64,000 bases of DNA from Epithemia pelagica (lineage: Eukaryota > Protista > Bacillariophyta). Below are positions 9,921 through 19,900 of the stretch, in pieces; positions within the stretch are counted from its first letter, which is position 1, and every line of letters begins with the position of its first letter. The notes under the pieces were generated by a model. It was given only the letters and a program-made list of their open reading frames with translations, did no database searches and was not told where the DNA came from. The stretch is taken from the NCBI GenBank assembly GCA_946965045.2, contig OX337229.1:2046001-2110000 (forward strand), written 5' to 3'. The position numbers were made by a program, and so were the translations under genes.

Positions 9921-10447
9921 TGCTTATTTCCCCGCAGTTGCATTTGGAACCTTACTTACCCATCAACACCCATTACAGATTGAGATACCCCAACAAAGAA
10001 GAGTTAGAGGACAAAGCTACCCAACCCAACAACAGGGCCAGCCTGGCTAAGGCTAGGGTCACCAACCCTCTCCTATTCCAGGACCTCAAGCTGCACCAGG
10101 ACTCGGTGCAACTACCTTCCCGATACTCACCTGACCAGTGAACCACTTTGTTGAGGACTACGAGCAAGCAACCACTGTTCCTGACTTCCCGGTTCAACTC
10201 GATCACCGCAACGAGTCTGGAAGTGACCAAGAATAAGTATCTTTAAGTCGTTTTCACACCAAACCAGAGACAAAACTGAGTTCCGCACATCCGGGTTACC
10301 TTTCGGACATCACAACACACATCCGGGTATCACATACGTGGTACATACGTGGCACACGTGGTACATCCGGGTTCACATCACATCACACATTAAATAAACC
10401 ACATCACACCGCACATTAAATAAACATCGAACCAACCAAATAACACC

Positions 10448-13400
10448 ATGGATCCTCAATCACCCAAGACACCTACGACTCCTAAGGGAGAAGATAACCA
10501 AGACAATGTCTCGAACACAGACCTATTCGACCACATCATATTTACTGTCTGCCAATTCTTTACCAAAGAAAGGGCCGACTACTTAATGAAGTGGATGAAA
10601 TACCATGGTTTTGAGAACATTACCCATGTTATCTCGTATATGCAAACTAATACCGAGGAATCCATGAACGAACTGACACAATACAAGGTCAACAAACAGA
10701 CACATGATCTACAAGGCCCTACAAGACAGCAGATCAAGCTCTTGGCTTATTGGGCCATATACAAGACCAATGAAATTCAAGACGAGCTATCCAATAGCGA
10801 CTGGATGAACCTAACGAGGAAAGAGTTCAACACTTGGAGGATCAACACAGATTTCTCTAAGGGATCACCTAGCCAAGTCCCAGTCTCGCCAATGAAGTCA
10901 CCGTCATCTGTGAAATCTGTCAGCACAGTTACTGCCGCATCCCAATCTCAACAAGACCTTACAGCATTCAGAAAGGGAACTAAGCGCGACGCAACTGTAT
11001 ATGAGGTATTCAAGGATGAACGATACTACGATTCATTCTGGCGTGTATTCAAGACTACAGCTAAGGCTCAAGGCCTATCCAACGTTCTGAATTTCAAATA
11101 CACACCACCCCATGATGATGAGTATGCCGAAGAACTTTTTCAAGAGCAACAAGTATTTCTTTACTCCGTTCTTGTCCGTATCATTCAGACTGACCAAGGT
11201 CGAGCCTATGTACGTGAACATGAACATGATGAAGATGCGCGTGCCGTATTGCAGAAGTTACACTCTTTGCATACCGAATCCGACCTAGCAAAGCGAGAAG
11301 TCCTCCGTTTAACCAACTACATTTCCAATCTACGTCTTGACGACACATGGCGCGGAACAACACGTCAATTTCTTCTACACTTTCAAGAGCAGCTACGTTT
11401 GCTAGACAATCTAGTGACATTGTCTGATCGCATCCCTGATCATACCAGGATGACCTTCCTCATGCAAGCTGTAGAAAGGGTCCCTGATCTCCGCCGAGTC
11501 AAGATCTTGGATAATGTGGTGAACACCAAATCCGGTGCAAAATCCCTTTGCTATCAATCATACTTCCGTCTCCTTCTAGACGCAGCTTATGACCATGATC
11601 AAGCAACCCAGTCATCTGTTCATAGTCGCCGTCGACATGTCAAACAACATGAATCATTATATGGCCAAGATACAGATGCTGACATAACCTCACAAGATGA
11701 TATGGAGTATCATGTCCACAACACCAAAGCGACATCTGAATCTCCATCCTCTTCGTCCAAGGTTAGTCTACCGCGTGACCTATGGTTCAAACTTTCTGAA
11801 GAAGATCGCAAGTTGATCATTGAGTATAACAAGATGATTCAAACACCTTCATCAACAACACCGAGGAAAGTGCAAACACATGCCCTCGACATTGATCCGG
11901 AACCTGATCCTAACCCCAACCAAGTTGCATCTGATGACGACTCACCTGGCGTAGTCCCTGAGCATCCAGATGATTCAGATCCGGTTACACAATTTATCAA
12001 CCAAGCCATGACGACTGATATCAATCACCCAGCAACTGACCTGACTAGTGTTCTTTCTAACGCCAAGTCCAAGACGAGCAAGAAGGTTACTTTCAAAGCC
12101 AACATGCATAAACAAGCAGGACATGTTCCACGCTATTTGTTTTCCAGGAAATCTACTTTACCAGGAAATCAATTGATTGACCGTGGTGCTAATGGAGGAT
12201 TTGCTGGTTCTGACATGCGCATCCTTTCTAAGACTGGCCGCCATATCACTATTGTGGGTATTGATAACCATGAACTTACTGGACTTCCTGTCGTCACATG
12301 TGCCGCAAAGTTTGAGACCAATGATGGACCTATTGTCGGCATCTTCAATGAATATGCTTATTATGGAAAGGGCTTATCTATCCATGCTCCTGGTCAATTC
12401 GAGCATTTTGGACTTGCTGTTGATGAACGATCTGTTAAAGTTGATGGTAAACAACGCATCTCTACACTTGATGGTCGTGCTATACCCTTTCACATCAAGG
12501 ATGGGTTAGCCTACATCCACTCCTTGGGTATCCCCAGCGACGATGACATGGATACCTTACCTCAGATCATCTTCACGTCACCCGACACATGGGATCCTGG
12601 TGTTCTGGACCATTCGTATTCTCCCACACCCTCTGACAATGATCCTGATTGGAAACACGTCAAGACTGATGGTAGTATGTCGAACCATCCATATGACAAC
12701 TATGGGGAGTACACTGATCGTGTTGTTTGTAACTTCAATCTCCTTTTGGATCTCCCATACGATCATGGACCTGACGACGCACCCTTCTTTTCTATCTATG
12801 CTGACGCAGAAGGTAATGATCCTACACTTCATGCCTCTGTCCACCGTCGTTACCAGGAAGCGTATGACTGGAAGAAGTTCCGTCCATTCTTTGGTTGGCA
12901 ATCTGAAGATGTTATTGCCGATACGTTCAAGCACACTACACGTAATGGTAGCATTATTTTTGACCACGACACCCTCAAGAAACAATTCAAGGCTCGCAAT
13001 CCGGTCCTTAATATACCTCGACGCCATGAACCCGTTGCTACTGACTCGGTTTTCTCCGACACCCCTGCTGTTGACCATGGCGGTAAAGTCGCACAAATCT
13101 TTGTTGGTCGAGATACTCTGGTTACTGATATCTATGGGATCAAGTCAACCAAACAGTTTGTCAATACTCTTCAGGACAACATCCGGTTTCGTGGTGCCAT
13201 GGAGACTCTTATCAGTGATGGTGGTTCATCTCTCATCTCTCAAAAGGTCAAAGACATTCTTCGCACTTTGCTTATTGGGGAGTATCGATCCGAACCTTAT
13301 CATCAACACCAGAATAAGGCTGAAAACCGTTACCAGACCGTTAAACGTATGACCAACGCTCTCATGAATGCCACTGGTTGCCCTGCCAACACCTGGCTTC

Positions 13401-16135
13401 TTTGCCTTGAGTATGTCTGTGACTTATTGAACCATACGTCATCACCCACCCATTCCGGTCGCACTCCCCTTGAGGCTCTCTCCGGACGCCCACCCGACAT
13501 TACTCATCTCTTGTTCTTTCCTTTCTGGGATGAGGTTTACTACCGTGTCGACCCCGCTGAACCCATTTCCGGTTCATATCCATCTTCTTCTAATGAGAAA
13601 CTTGGCCACTGGGTTGGTTTTGCTCACAACGTTGGTGATTCTTTTACTTGGAAGATTCTCACCCAGGATAACCAGATAATCTACCGTTCTGCCGTTCGCC
13701 GTGTTGAATCCACTACACCTAACCTACGTGTGGATCGACCTTCAGGGGAGGATTCGTCTGAGAAGGATGACAATGATAAGCAAGCTGACACTGTCTTCAT
13801 TCGCAGTGATAGTGAAGATCCATCCAAACCAATGCCCACGATCGATTTTGACGACATGATAGGACGCACATTCCTATGCGACACAGAAGAAAATGGGGAG
13901 CGACACCGTGCACGTGTCATCAAACGAGTCATTGATCTTAATGAAGAAGCAACGAAACAGGAAGAACGTGTCAAGTACATCTACCGAAAGACAAATTCTG
14001 ATGTTGATGAGATGATATCCTATAATCAACTCATGGAGTATATCGAACGAGATAACCAAGCTCAAACCTCTGGAGATAATCTTTTCAGGTTCAGGGACGT
14101 CATTGCCCATCAAGGCCCACTGAACACAACTGATCCAGATTACAAGGGGAGCAAATATAATTTGCTTGTTGATTGGGAAACTGGGGAGACTACCTATGAA
14201 CCCTTATCACTCATCGCCAATGATGATCCGATCACTGTAGCAATTTATGGAAAGAAACATGGTTTACTCAACGAACCTGGATGGAAGCATTTGAAACGTT
14301 ATGTCAAAACAAGCAAACGTCTCATTCGAGCAGCCAAACAGTCAAGGATTAAACAAGTTCACCATTCCGTCAAGTATAAGTTTGGATTCCAAGTACCACG
14401 CAATTATGAGGAAGCTGTCGCTCTTGATAAACAACATGGCAACACAAAGTGGCAGGATGCAACAGAATTAGAATTGTCACAGATCCAGTCCTACAAGACA
14501 TTCAAGGATTTTGGGAAAGCCATCTTCATTAAAGGGAAAGTATCCAATGCACCTGAAGGATATCATAAGATACGTGTACATCTTGTCTTTGACGTAAAAC
14601 ATGATGGACGACATAAAGCAAGACTTGTCGCAGATGGACATCTCACAAAAGAACCTGTTGAGACAATCTATTCAGGTGTTGTTTCCATTCGCAACCTCCG
14701 CATTGCCTTATTCCTGGGTACTTTGAATGACTTGGAAATATGGGGAGCAGATATTGGAAACGCATATCTGGAAGCCTTGACAGGGGAGAAAATTTTCATT
14801 GTCGCAGGACCTGAATTCAAGGAATTAGAAGGTCACATCCTGATTATATACAAGGCACTTTATGGATTGAAGTCATCAGGCGCACGCTGGCATGATGTCT
14901 TATTCGATGTTTTGACAGACATGGGATTTTCACCAAGCAAAGCAGATCCGGATATCTGGATGAGGAAAGCACCTGGAGAAGACTGTTACGAATACATTGC
15001 CGTATACGTTGATGACTTAGCCATTATTTCTACTGATCCTGGGAATATCTACAAGATCCTGAAGGAGAAATACAACTTCAAACTCAAAGGAGATGGACCT
15101 ATTGATTTCCACTTGGGATGTTGTTACACCAAGGATTCTGATGGAACATTAGTAGCAGATCCAAGACGCTACATTGGTAAGATGATGGACACTTTCGAAC
15201 GAATCTTCAAGGAGAAACCCAAGAAAGCCAAAACACCTCTTATTGGTGGAGACCATCCTGAATTGGATGATTCTGAGCTCCTTGATGAAGAAGGTACTAG
15301 CCATTTCCAAACTCTGATTGGACAACTCCAATGGGTGATCACTATTGGTCGTTTCGACGTCTTCACCGCTACAATGACGCTATCACGCTTTCGTGCTGCT
15401 CCGAGGAAAGGACATCTTGATAGAGCCAAGCGTATCTATGGATACCTTGCACATCTCCCAGAAGGCGCAATCAGATTTAGGATTGGAGAGCCTGATTATT
15501 CAAGTCTTCCTACCCAAGAATTTGATTGGACTCGCACTGTCTATTCAAATGCAAGTGAACGTATTCCCGAAGACTGCCCAACACCTCTTGGCCGCTATGT
15601 TACCACAACTCATTATGTTGATGCCAATCTCATGCATGACATAGTCACTGGTAAATCCGTCACTGCTGTTCTACATTTGTTGAACGGAACACCTATTGAC
15701 TGGTACAGCAAGAGACAGAGCACGGTGGAAACTGCTACCTATGGATCCGAGTTTGTGGCTGCAAGGACAGCAATAGATCAGATTACAGAATTACGACATT
15801 CTCTCCGCTACCTTGGAGTACCTATCCGAGAGCGAAGTTACATGTACGGAGATAACAGATCTGTTGTGCTCAATGCAACCGTTCCTCATTCCATACTATC
15901 CAAGAGACACCATCTTCTGTCATACCACCGAGTTCGTGAAGCCATCGTAGCAAAGTATGTTGCATTCTACTGGAAAGATGGAAAGACCAACCCTGCCGAT
16001 ATCCTTAGCAAACATTGGGATTTCGTATCTATTTGGCCCATGCTCAAGCCATTGTTGTTTTGGAAAGGAGAAGTTCAAGACCTCAACAAATCCAATGATG
16101 ACAAGGCTGAAACGACAAGTTGTGGGGAGTGTTAG
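10448..16135 (+). CDS. Gag-Pol polyprotein of inner copia (1895 aa)
   Basis: Protease LIDRGANGG; integrase ATD...SDGG...NKAE; chromo-like segment; RT KARLV..G, ALYGLKSS, YVDD; RNase H YVDA, YGSEF, GDN, NPADILSK. Confidence 0.97.
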   Translation: MDPQSPKTPTTPKGEDNQDNVSNTDLFDHIIFTVCQFFTKERADYLMKWMKYHGFENITHVISYMQTNTEESMNELTQYKVNKQTHDLQGPTRQQIKLLAYWAIYKTNEIQDELSNSDWMNLTRKEFNTWRINTDFSKGSPSQVPVSPMKSPSSVKSVSTVTAASQSQQDLTAFRKGTKRDATVYEVFKDERYYDSFWRVFKTTAKAQGLSNVLNFKYTPPHDDEYAEELFQEQQVFLYSVLVRIIQTDQGRAYVREHEHDEDARAVLQKLHSLHTESDLAKREVLRLTNYISNLRLDDTWRGTTRQFLLHFQEQLRLLDNLVTLSDRIPDHTRMTFLMQAVERVPDLRRVKILDNVVNTKSGAKSLCYQSYFRLLLDAAYDHDQATQSSVHSRRRHVKQHESLYGQDTDADITSQDDMEYHVHNTKATSESPSSSSKVSLPRDLWFKLSEEDRKLIIEYNKMIQTPSSTTPRKVQTHALDIDPEPDPNPNQVASDDDSPGVVPEHPDDSDPVTQFINQAMTTDINHPATDLTSVLSNAKSKTSKKVTFKANMHKQAGHVPRYLFSRKSTLPGNQLIDRGANGGFAGSDMRILSKTGRHITIVGIDNHELTGLPVVTCAAKFETNDGPIVGIFNEYAYYGKGLSIHAPGQFEHFGLAVDERSVKVDGKQRISTLDGRAIPFHIKDGLAYIHSLGIPSDDDMDTLPQIIFTSPDTWDPGVLDHSYSPTPSDNDPDWKHVKTDGSMSNHPYDNYGEYTDRVVCNFNLLLDLPYDHGPDDAPFFSIYADAEGNDPTLHASVHRRYQEAYDWKKFRPFFGWQSEDVIADTFKHTTRNGSIIFDHDTLKKQFKARNPVLNIPRRHEPVATDSVFSDTPAVDHGGKVAQIFVGRDTLVTDIYGIKSTKQFVNTLQDNIRFRGAMETLISDGGSSLISQKVKDILRTLLIGEYRSEPYHQHQNKAENRYQTVKRMTNALMNATGCPANTWLLCLEYVCDLLNHTSSPTHSGRTPLEALSGRPPDITHLLFFPFWDEVYYRVDPAEPISGSYPSSSNEKLGHWVGFAHNVGDSFTWKILTQDNQIIYRSAVRRVESTTPNLRVDRPSGEDSSEKDDNDKQADTVFIRSDSEDPSKPMPTIDFDDMIGRTFLCDTEENGERHRARVIKRVIDLNEEATKQEERVKYIYRKTNSDVDEMISYNQLMEYIERDNQAQTSGDNLFRFRDVIAHQGPLNTTDPDYKGSKYNLLVDWETGETTYEPLSLIANDDPITVAIYGKKHGLLNEPGWKHLKRYVKTSKRLIRAAKQSRIKQVHHSVKYKFGFQVPRNYEEAVALDKQHGNTKWQDATELELSQIQSYKTFKDFGKAIFIKGKVSNAPEGYHKIRVHLVFDVKHDGRHKARLVADGHLTKEPVETIYSGVVSIRNLRIALFLGTLNDLEIWGADIGNAYLEALTGEKIFIVAGPEFKELEGHILIIYKALYGLKSSGARWHDVLFDVLTDMGFSPSKADPDIWMRKAPGEDCYEYIAVYVDDLAIISTDPGNIYKILKEKYNFKLKGDGPIDFHLGCCYTKDSDGTLVADPRRYIGKMMDTFERIFKEKPKKAKTPLIGGDHPELDDSELLDEEGTSHFQTLIGQLQWVITIGRFDVFTATMTLSRFRAAPRKGHLDRAKRIYGYLAHLPEGAIRFRIGEPDYSSLPTQEFDWTRTVYSNASERIPEDCPTPLGRYVTTTHYVDANLMHDIVTGKSVTAVLHLLNGTPIDWYSKRQSTVETATYGSEFVAARTAIDQITELRHSLRYLGVPIRERSYMYGDNRSVVLNATVPHSILSKRHHLLSYHRVREAIVAKYVAFYWKDGKTNPADILSKHWDFVSIWPMLKPLLFWKGEVQDLNKSNDDKAETTSCGEC
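16124..16129 (+). other. Short polypurine tract of inner copia (GGGGAG)
   Basis: Abuts the 3' LTR, inside the last codons of pol. Confidence 0.65.
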
Positions 16136-16913
16136 AATTCTCACCGTCTATGGTGGTTAGATTCTACATCTCATCGATTCCCCATGTCACATAGCCTCGT
16201 GCTATCGCATCATGCCATCTAGCTTCGAGTTATGTTCCCTAGCTTCGCGCTATATCGACCTATATTCCTTCGCATTTCATGAAAAGTGAGAACAGAATGA
16301 CGACATGCTCGCGGACCTTTAATTTCGGCCATGGCATGCTCGCAATGCGCGCATTATCAACAACCGCTCGGAAATTAACTATGGCCCTACACGTGCGCGC
16401 CCAATATTCTCAAGCGCGCGCAACTACTATCCGAGTGCGCATCTCCACGACTTAGCTCAACGGCCTAAGTAATCGAAGCACGATTCGAGATCACGCGAGA
16501 CCATATTTCCATTCCCACAATTCCAAAAATGCAATCAGCAACGCGCCAAGAAAACTACCTATATCGCAACAAAGCAAGAGCTGTTGGCATTGGTATATGA
16601 TATACAAGTGCATATACTTCCAATACACAATATCCATGTCTACTCCAACCAGACCAGTCCTGTCAGCGCCATGAATATATCAGTCATGCACCCTGGCCAG
16701 ACCTGCACATCAAAACACACACCGTAGTCCTAAAGCTCACAATCTAACAATATCACCATTTATCACATCTTCTTTTGTGTCCCGACTATCCTTTTGATAG
16801 ACTTCGACTTGCTTGCTTCTCTGACCCTGAGAAGCTTGTATCGGTTGGTGACCTACCTGATTGTCTGCTCTACCGAGCATCAATGTCCCTACGATTCAGA
16901 AAGAATTGTAACA
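16130..16913 (+). repeat. 3' LTR of inner copia
   Basis: 784-bp copy of 9122-9905. Confidence 0.95.
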
Positions 16914-19900
16914 GTTGAGTCGGAGAAGCAACACCACAATCATCGACATAGAGGAACACAATCATATCTGGCTTGAGAAAAAAACAGATGTCGTGGTCAC
17001 TCTGTTTGAAGCCGTCCTCCAACAAAGCATCACGCAAATGTTCATACCACAACCTTGGGGCTATGGCCAATCCATACAAACTCTTCTTGAGACGAAGGCA
17101 GGTTCGCGTTGGTCGTTGGGATTGATAGCCTCTTGGAAGATGGATCCAAATTGGCTCCTTGAGTGTTGCTTGCACAAATGCATTCGAGAAGTCGACACAA
17201 ATAATGATCCAGTCTTGAATCATGGCAAAGATAAGGACCAGTCGAATGGTACTCCAAGAGACGACGGGTGCGAACGTCTCAAATTCTCCTTCTTGGAGAT
17301 CTCCGCGCACACAGTACCTGCCCTTGTATTTCTTGATTTCTCCTGTTGGTGATCTCTTCCGTTTGAACACCCATGTGCCAGGAAGGATCCTTGTTGTTGC
17401 ATCTTCGACTGGGACCTCTTCCCATGTGCCTTTTGCTTCCAATGCTTCAATCTCTCGTTGGGCAGCAGCCTTCCATTGGTCGAGGTTAGGCTCCAAGAGA
17501 ATTTGGTCAAAGCTCAACGTATCAGGATCCGATGCAGTGGCTTTGCAAATGGCCAAGTCACAAAGGTTGGACTGTTGCAGCATTGTATGATAAAGATGAT
17601 AGTTCATACAGTTGGAGTCGTATGTCGTGTGACTGGCATCCATGGAGGAGATGAGTCGAAGTGGGGCACGACGAGTACGAGTGGAGCGACGAAGAGGAGA
17701 AGAAGAGGCAGAGAGGGAAGGCTGTGATTGTTTGGGTGAACTCGACGGAGCAGGTTGTTTGAGTGGTTTGGTAGAATTCTCCCTCTGACGAGGCGATGGA
17801 CCAGAGACAGAAGGGACAGAAACCTCGACACGGGGCGAAACAACCGAAGGGGAGACAGCGGGAGGAGAAGGAGGAGACGGAGGGGTGGGAGGGGACGGAG
17901 TGGTGGCTGCTTGGGGCACGACAGTTGCTCCCTCAGACAAAGGGATGGCTCCCTCAGACGAAGGAGGGGCTCCCTCAGACGAAGGAAAAATGGGTGGAGG
18001 CACGGGCAATGGCATGGGAGGACGATGAGTTGCCATGGAATCAAAACCACGTTGCTGGGAATTGAGTGTGTCCAGAGCAGTTGTTGTGTCAGTGATGTTG
18101 GGAGCGGAGTTGTCGTGTGGATCTTCATCGTCGGTATGGTGAAAATGGTCAAGAGAGTCGCCGAACAGTTGGGTCCATTCTGGAGTGGAGAAGTCGGGCA
18201 AGGTTGTTGGGTCCACGCTGATGGTTTCGAACCAGTCGTCAAAGACGACATGAAACTGTGGCGTGATAGCGCCAGTCTCCGGATTGAGGACAAGCGGAAC
18301 GGAGCTCGCATGATTCGGGCTCAGTCCCATGAACATGCAACGATGAGAACGAGGTTTCCATCGTGGGAGCTTACCTCCATCAGAAATCCGCTTGTCCAGA
18401 ACGTATACTGGACATCCCCAGACGTGGAGATCATGGAATTTGTTATGTTCGAAGCGGGTGCGGGTAAAAATGTCATTAGGACTCAGTCCAGTTGTGGGGT
18501 TAGGGATATTGTTGTATAGATACACCGCGTGTTGTACCGCCATAGGCCACAAACTAGAATCCGCCATGTCCGGCCAGTGAGTTGCTGAGTGAAGCATCAT
18601 CGTACGAGCAATGCTCATGATGGTTTGAATACTTTGTTCAGCAATGCCGTTGTGGTGGTGGGCACCAACTCCAGCGAAGCGTTGAATTTGGTGGAACTGT
18701 TGCAAATGGGCAGTGTATCCTTTCGATGTAAAGGCTGACCCATTGTCGGACACATACTGTTGAGGAACCACTCCACAATCACGGCATCGCAACTCAAACT
18801 CTTCTTTCGCCTTGAGAGTTTCGTGGGAACTCAGATGGCTTTGGAACACACAATCTACTCGGCCACTGGCAATGTCAACGAAGATTGCACCTCCAGCAAA
18901 CATTTTGGAGTCCTTGCTCTTTCCTTTGGAGGAGAATAGACGGCCTTTGGTGCTGCAGATAAAATGGTCAACTGCAACAGATTGTCCTGGATGGAGGACG
19001 TCCTTCTTCAACACTCCATCACGTGCCGATTGAACTTTGGTGGTTCGTCCAGGAGCCGAACGTTGCCGTTGCTTGCCAAATTGGCAGGCAGCACACATGG
19101 GTGGATTGACAAGTTTACATGCAGCCACATGCAATTTGCGTTGACTTTCGGAGGTTGCCAAGACGCCAGTGTGCATCAAGAATTGAACTCGCTTGAAACC
19201 AGGATGGCCGAGACGGTTGTGCCACTTGGCGAACTCTTTCTGTGGAGGTGACATGTTGATGTTGTTGTTGTGGACGGTTGAGATTGTGTTAGCCAGAGTA
19301 GTTGTGGCAGTTTTGAGTCCTTCCAGGTCGAATCCAAGTGAAGTAGGTAAATTGTTTTGTGGATTTAGGAGAACTTCGATGGATTGTCTTGTATGGTCTC
19401 CGTCGGCACCACTGAGAGTCAACCCATTTGGATGAATAGCAATAGTTTCGTCCGGGTAGACTTGCAACAAGCTTGACGTGCTGAGAAGGCGAATGTTGGC
19501 GTCCGGAATGTAGAGAGCAGGAACCTTGATCGTGCGCAACATTCCAGTCGTATCCAATACATGCCATACCACTGTGCCACGTCCAGCCACTTCGACTCCA
19601 GTGGAGATACCGTTGACGCGCAAATGTTGCGTTGTATGGATGGAAGTGTCCAAATCTCCATTGAAATCCTTCTCACAGAAGCTCATGGAGACGCTTGCGC
19701 CAGAATCCCACACAATGGGGTAACATCCATCGTCTGGCAGTTCGGATTGCAGTTTCAACGGAGCTTGAAGACTTGCTTTGAGGAGACTCACGGCTTCTTG
19801 AGACATTTCCAGAGTGCATGCACGGATGGTTTGGCATTGTGCAGGACGCAAGGGTGAACCGAAAGGTGGTTTGACGTTCTTGGTCGTTTGACATGGTTGA

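Larger units (their letters stand above)
9122..16913 (+). mobile_element. Inner intact CoDi-like Ty1/copia LTR retrotransposon (7792 bp)
   Basis: 784-bp LTRs TGTTA...TAACA at 9122-9905 and 16130-16913, TSD GTTGA (9117-9121, 16914-16918), single uninterrupted 1895-aa ORF. Confidence 0.98.

Noticed and set aside
16870-16913. C-terminus LLQFFLNRRDIDAR of the 2015-aa ORF
   Set aside because: Read-through into the inner LTR, not part of the original protein.
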